Origin: Promethearchaeota archaeon
GTDB taxonomy: Archaea > Asgardarchaeota > Lokiarchaeia > Sigyniarchaeales > SOKP01
NCBI GenBank assembly: GCA_030606485.1
Contig: JAUWGH010000008.1
Span: 1 to 32,000, forward strand
Reading direction: 5' to 3'
DNA length: 32,000 nt
The notes below the pieces were generated by a model that was given only the letters and a program-made list of their open reading frames with translations, was not told the origin of the DNA and made no database searches. Positions 27,524 to 32,000 of this stretch are shown piece after piece. The translations under genes and the position numbers were made by a program. How positions within the stretch are numbered: the stretch's first letter is position 1; each line of letters begins with the position of its first letter.

Positions 27524-27676
27524 TTTAATATATTATTAGCCCTAACCTTAATTTATTTTGTTTTTATTTTAATTAGAAATCTAAGGTTTTTTAAAAGTTC
27601 ATAAAATTAAATATTGTTTTTTAATAGAATTATTAAAAAAATTAAAAAATTAAAAAAAAAAGAGAATTTAATATTT

Positions 27677-28708
27677 TTATTCTACACTTTCAGCTTTTTC
27701 GACTTCTTCTACTTTTTCGACTTTTTCTCTCTTGCCGAGTTTTTCTTGAATTATTACCAAAAGCCATGGTATAAGTAAAGTAACTGCTAATGCTACTATT
27801 ACGTATTTAAAAAATTTCCAAATTTGAACATCTAAAGGTATTAGGCTTAAAACTAAATACAAAACAATAGTAATTACAAGCCCTATAGCTAAATTGATAA
27901 TTCTCTGTTTATTATCAAGGTCTTTCGGATTATAATGTATTTTTTCATTTTCAATTAAATAACCTACTGATAATCCGGTTAAAGCTCCGCAAGCCCTTCC
28001 ATAATCACCTAGACCCGTAGGAAAGATCAGCAACGCAACAATAAATAAAACTACAGGAATAGCTACAGCTAGTATTAGTTTTATTTTCAAATCAAATGTG
28101 TTTATTTTTTCAGTAACAAGTGGTTCTAAATTAATAAATAATAGCAAAAAGCTTATTCCAATTAATAATCCACCAACGATATCCTCAACATCATGAACTC
28201 CTATAATCTGCCTCGAAATTGCAACTAAATATATTACAACTAGAAAAATCCAAGGAATATATTTATACCACTTCTCTTGTGCATAATTCTTTTGAGTATG
28301 AAATGCGAGATATCCATATGTTGCCGTGGAGCCTTGCGCATGTCCCGATGGAAAACCATAGCCGTCAGCGTTGGCTCTAGCATTTGATGCAGGTCTAGGA
28401 TCCTTATATATATCTTTTAAAAACGAGTCCAAAAAACTCGATCCTAATAGAACAAGCATTAAATTCTTCGCAAATCGTTTATCATATATGAAAAATAAAG
28501 CTGCTCCGATTATAATATAAACTAAAGCATCTCCCAAATAAGTGATGGCAGTAAAAATATAATATACAACATCATTGTTAACTAAAGTATCACCAAACCA
28601 CGTGTTTAATCCAGCAACCATTAGCATTAATCCAACTAAAGCAATACCAAGCGTAATTTCGAGAATTAAAATATATGTTTTTTTAGATAAGATTTCTTCT
28701 TCACTCAA
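27677..28708 (-). CDS. PAP2-family membrane phosphatase
   Basis: C1 KDIYKDPRP, C2 FPSGH and C3 SRQIIGVHDVED are all intact; TTG start. Confidence 0.9.
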   Translation of the reverse strand: MSEEEILSKKTYILILEITLGIALVGLMLMVAGLNTWFGDTLVNNDVVYYIFTAITYLGDALVYIIIGAALFFIYDKRFAKNLMLVLLGSSFLDSFLKDIYKDPRPASNARANADGYGFPSGHAQGSTATYGYLAFHTQKNYAQEKWYKYIPWIFLVVIYLVAISRQIIGVHDVEDIVGGLLIGISFLLLFINLEPLVTEKINTFDLKIKLILAVAIPVVLFIVALLIFPTGLGDYGRACGALTGLSVGYLIENEKIHYNPKDLDNKQRIINLAIGLVITIVLYLVLSLIPLDVQIWKFFKYVIVALAVTLLIPWLLVIIQEKLGKREKVEKVEEVEKAESVE

Positions 28709-28953
28709 TGGTTTTTACCAATTTTTTTTTTATAAAATATATTGAAAATTAATAGTAATATTATTTTCATTTTATTATAATACTATTGTCAATTTAATTG
28801 ATTACCTACTAATAATCAAATGAAAAGTATATTGAATTTTTTGAATTTCTTTAAAAATTATAATAATAGAATTTTATATGATTCAATCGTTTTTGATTTT
28901 ATGGAGATAGAAATATATGTTATTAGATATTAGAAAAAGATTGGAGGTAAAAA

Positions 28954-29514
28954 ATGCTCATTTTTCCTTTGATTTGGATTATATTTCCAATTGTATTAAC
29001 TGTCATTCTTTTGAGTTCGTGGCTATTGGCAAGAATGAATAAATTGGAAAACAAGGTTTTGCGAAGTGGATTCATAATAGCAGGTGCCATTATCGGATTC
29101 TTTGCGTTTATTTTACCTTTTTTTGAACAACTGTGTTTTCAAGATATAATTTTAAATTATGTTATTGGAATACTCTTAACAGTGTTTGGTTTGATCGCAC
29201 GTGTGTATCCAATGATTTATCTCCGGAGGAAAGGCACTACTACAGCATTGAGCAAGGTGACAGAAATAATCGACACTGGGCCTTATGGAATAATTAGACA
29301 TCCTCAATATGCAGGAGGAATCCTCTTAATAATTGGATGGTGTCTTATCTGGGGATCGATCTTTTGTCTGTGTTTAGTCCCATTAATTGCTTTATTGACT
29401 GTTATACAAGCATTAATTGAAGAAAAGTATATTTTAGAAAAAAAGTTTGGTAATGCATATTTTGAATATAAAAAGAGAGTAGGTATGTTCATTCCAAAAA
29501 GAAGAAGACAATAG
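28954..29514 (+). CDS. ICMT/PEMT-family membrane methyltransferase
   Basis: TGPYGIIRHPQY and EEKYILEKKFGNAYFEYKKRVGMFIP motifs; SD GGAGGT lies 5 nt upstream. Confidence 0.85.
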   Translation: MLIFPLIWIIFPIVLTVILLSSWLLARMNKLENKVLRSGFIIAGAIIGFFAFILPFFEQLCFQDIILNYVIGILLTVFGLIARVYPMIYLRRKGTTTALSKVTEIIDTGPYGIIRHPQYAGGILLIIGWCLIWGSIFCLCLVPLIALLTVIQALIEEKYILEKKFGNAYFEYKKRVGMFIPKRRRQ

Positions 29515-29930
29515 AAATTAAATTATTTCCAATATAAAAACATCTAGTCTTTTCATAAATTTAATTTTGAATTAATCTAATGATCAAAAAAGGAAAATGT
29601 ATTTTTTGTTGTTGCCTAAAAATAATAAAAAACTCATAGATTATAATTAATAGGTTAAAAAGAAAACCGAAGGAATTCGGTATCTCTTTAAATTAAGTAT
29701 AAGGAGGAGATCCCGTGCAATGATTTCACGAGAAGAGGGCGAATTTTGGGCCTCATTCGCGAAATGCGTGAGTCTATCCAATGTTTTAAGTGCATTTATT
29801 TAAAAATGCTTAAGATACTTAATTTCCTTCAGTATGAAATTGTTTTTTGAAGTAATTAAATTTTACAAAACATATTATTGTTCGTATCAATCGTAAGACA
29901 ATAATTTTACAATAAAATTTCATTGCTTAA

Positions 29931-32000
29931 TTAATTTAAATTCTCATTAACTGCATATGATTTATAAAACATCTTATATATGAGATTATCTGTTTTGTCA
30001 AATAAGGGTTTTAGAATTTGATGTAATTGTTTTTGAATTTCCCATTTCGAAATCGAATTATTCACATTAGAGGTATATTTTTTGCAAACTTCTTTTGATT
30101 TAAGAGTAGCAATTTTTCCGATTTCGCTTAGATTTTTATGAATTTTATTATTTTCATTGTATTTTTCTATTGGAAACTCTAATGCTTTTTTGAAAATATG
30201 GCGCGAACTTTTTCTAATTTTGATTTGCTCGGAAAATATGGGAGAATTTAAAATTGCTGTTAAGTAATGAGCTTCATTAATATTAGTTGTATCAAGAAAG
30301 CTCAGATCACCTGTAATAATACAGTCGCCAGTAATAACTGCTGCGTTTAACATTGAACCTGAATTGTTATATACTACTTTAATATGCGAAAATTGTCTTT
30401 TATTTAACAATTTATTCCATCGATTTAAGTTTTCCATTAAGGATTTATGTTTAGTAGTTTTTTTTTTATATTTCAAGTATTTTTGATTGATTAATTCGTA
30501 AAATAATGAACCATATTTTGATAAAGCTTTAGGGTCCCAAGTTAAATTATTTTTCTCAATGGGCAAGAAGACGCTGTAGGTATGAAAGATATTAAATTTT
30601 ACCAATTCAGTACTTTTTACACATTTAAAGATATATTTTTTTTCAATAATTTGATTTTGGTATTCTATCTTATTCCAAGGAGATTTTGCTTTTTTGAGAA
30701 TTTTTTTATCCAGGTTAATAAGAGCCAATGTGTTAGATTTCTTCTTAAATTTTATGAATATAAGATTTCGTGGATTTAGGTCAGCACCTTTATGAAACAA
30801 GTCAAAATAATGAGATTTGGCATATGGATACATTTTATTTTTAATTTCTTTTGGAATTAGCTTTTTCACATAAAATTTTCCGCTTTTTTCGACAACTGCA
30901 TAAGGGATATAGATAACTTCCTTCATTTTCACTATTTTAAAACTAGAATTTGATTTTTTAAAATCAAAATGTTCGACGGGTATTTCTCTTTGCTCAAGTT
31001 CTTCCCTACTTTTATTGTTATTTAGTTTATCTTTAATTGCAAATAAACAAATAAAATCTACATTAAAGATTTTTTTAGTAAATTTCCAGATTTTAATATT
31101 TCTAAACCCACGGAATGTTCTAAATCGGTCATTATGACTTCCTGTGATAATTCCGGATGTTATTACAAAAAATATTTTACCCTTATTTTTCAAGTAGAGA
31201 TTACTGCATTGATAAAAAAACACAGCAGATAAATCTAAATTCAGAATATTCTTAGGGGATGGTTTTATTTGTAAATTTTCGACTAGAACCTTTAATTTAT
31301 TTTGTTCTTTTAAAGATTCTAACGAGCCATATGTCAGCCAAGGCGGATTTCCGATTATTAAATCGAACTTATTTTCGATATTTTCCTCCAGAAATAATGA
31401 ATCACGCAATTCTATATTTATTTTACAATGTGGAATTAAATCCTTGATTAATAGGAAAATATTTATTTTGGAAATAAATACTGCAAATGGATTCAAATCG
31501 TATCCATAAATATTATTAATTGCTGAAATTTGATTCTTTAAGGGGGTATCTTTTGATATAATATATTTAATTAGCTCAATAATGAAAGTACCAGAACCAC
31601 AAGCTGGGTCTAATACTTTATCCCCAAAATCATAGGATTTGATAATCATTTTTCTGGCAAGATAAGAAGGAGTGTAGAACTCCCCCATTGAATGCCTTAA
31701 AGTAGCAGAAATCAATTCTTGATAAATATGATGGAATAAATCCTCTCTGAGGATTTTAATATTGAGAATTGAATTATAAATATTATGGAGATTTAAGACC
31801 AATTGCTTTATCATATCATTTATTTCTTTTGGGTTATTTTCTACATTTAAAAATATCCAATTACGTAGATTCCGTTCAAAATCACTGAAATCGTTAGCAA
31901 AATTATTCAATAAACCAAAAATATTTTTTAAATCAATAAGTTCAAATTCAATTTTGCTCAAAACAACTCGGATTAAAATTATTTTTATTAATAAGGTTAA
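29931..32000 (-). CDS. N6-adenine DNA methyltransferase with C-terminal target-recognition region (type IIG/Eco57I-like RM protein), 5'-truncated
   Basis: GEFYTP, VLDPACGSGTF (motif I), GYDLNP and IIGNPPW (motif IV). The frame stays open beyond the track's TTG (31961) to the window edge, so the true start is probably outside the window. Confidence 0.88.
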   Translation of the reverse strand, partial: LTLLIKIILIRVVLSKIEFELIDLKNIFGLLNNFANDFSDFERNLRNWIFLNVENNPKEINDMIKQLVLNLHNIYNSILNIKILREDLFHHIYQELISATLRHSMGEFYTPSYLARKMIIKSYDFGDKVLDPACGSGTFIIELIKYIISKDTPLKNQISAINNIYGYDLNPFAVFISKINIFLLIKDLIPHCKINIELRDSLFLEENIENKFDLIIGNPPWLTYGSLESLKEQNKLKVLVENLQIKPSPKNILNLDLSAVFFYQCSNLYLKNKGKIFFVITSGIITGSHNDRFRTFRGFRNIKIWKFTKKIFNVDFICLFAIKDKLNNNKSREELEQREIPVEHFDFKKSNSSFKIVKMKEVIYIPYAVVEKSGKFYVKKLIPKEIKNKMYPYAKSHYFDLFHKGADLNPRNLIFIKFKKKSNTLALINLDKKILKKAKSPWNKIEYQNQIIEKKYIFKCVKSTELVKFNIFHTYSVFLPIEKNNLTWDPKALSKYGSLFYELINQKYLKYKKKTTKHKSLMENLNRWNKLLNKRQFSHIKVVYNNSGSMLNAAVITGDCIITGDLSFLDTTNINEAHYLTAILNSPIFSEQIKIRKSSRHIFKKALEFPIEKYNENNKIHKNLSEIGKIATLKSKEVCKKYTSNVNNSISKWEIQKQLHQILKPLFDKTDNLIYKMFYKSYAVNENLN

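Noticed and set aside
29720-29803. 27-aa ORF MISREEGEFWASFAKC..., faintly like the helix of small GTPases; also an ATGA at a stem base as a possible SECIS
   Set aside because: No G1-G5 motifs in the flanking frames; no 3' GA quartet partner at the required position and no adjacent selenoprotein gene.
26742-31447. Short track ORFs 26742, 29304, 30582 and 31259
   Set aside because: Antisense shadows of the GT87, ICMT-like and methyltransferase genes.
1-32000. CRISPR array, tRNA or rRNA genes
   Set aside because: No regularly spaced repeats, cloverleaf signatures or long GC-rich structured segments were seen by eye.

Overview
A very AT-rich archaeal window. The gene content (SDS22-type LRR remnant, DUF39 homocysteine synthase with NIL-ferredoxin, HdrBC, archaeal thiolase/DUF35, GGTGA Shine-Dalgarno sites) best fits an Asgard/Lokiarchaeia-like genome; this taxonomy is inference. 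From left to right: secreted-protein genes and decayed ORFs (1-3.1 kb); a thiolase/DUF35 pair split by a 2.9-kb insert encoding a degenerate-LAGLIDADG plus PD-(D/E)XK fusion, bounded by a 6-bp direct repeat; an unannotated zinc-ribbon gene with an ATA start; two tandem P2A-scaffold P-type ATPases followed by an unannotated 36-aa single-TM peptide and a 196-aa membrane protein; LLM oxidoreductase and hdrC-hdrB; cooC, NIL-ferredoxin and DUF39-CBS, with a duplicated 5' end/promoter bracketing two wHTH genes and a stop-interrupted HTH-CBS regulator; a membrane lipid/glycan-modification cluster (alpha/beta hydrolase, HGSNAT-like, GT87, PAP2, ICMT/PEMT-like); and a truncated N6-adenine methyltransferase (type IIG-like). 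The best candidate for an undescribed system is the ATPase locus. Both pumps keep the catalytic motifs but replace the SERCA Ca2+ ligands: M4 PEGLP becomes PINLP/PINIP (reminiscent of the P4-flippase PISL motif) and the M6 Asp becomes His. The adjacent micropeptide resembles sarcolipin. No rRNA, tRNA or CRISPR array was seen. All family calls come from motif recognition by eye, with no database searches.
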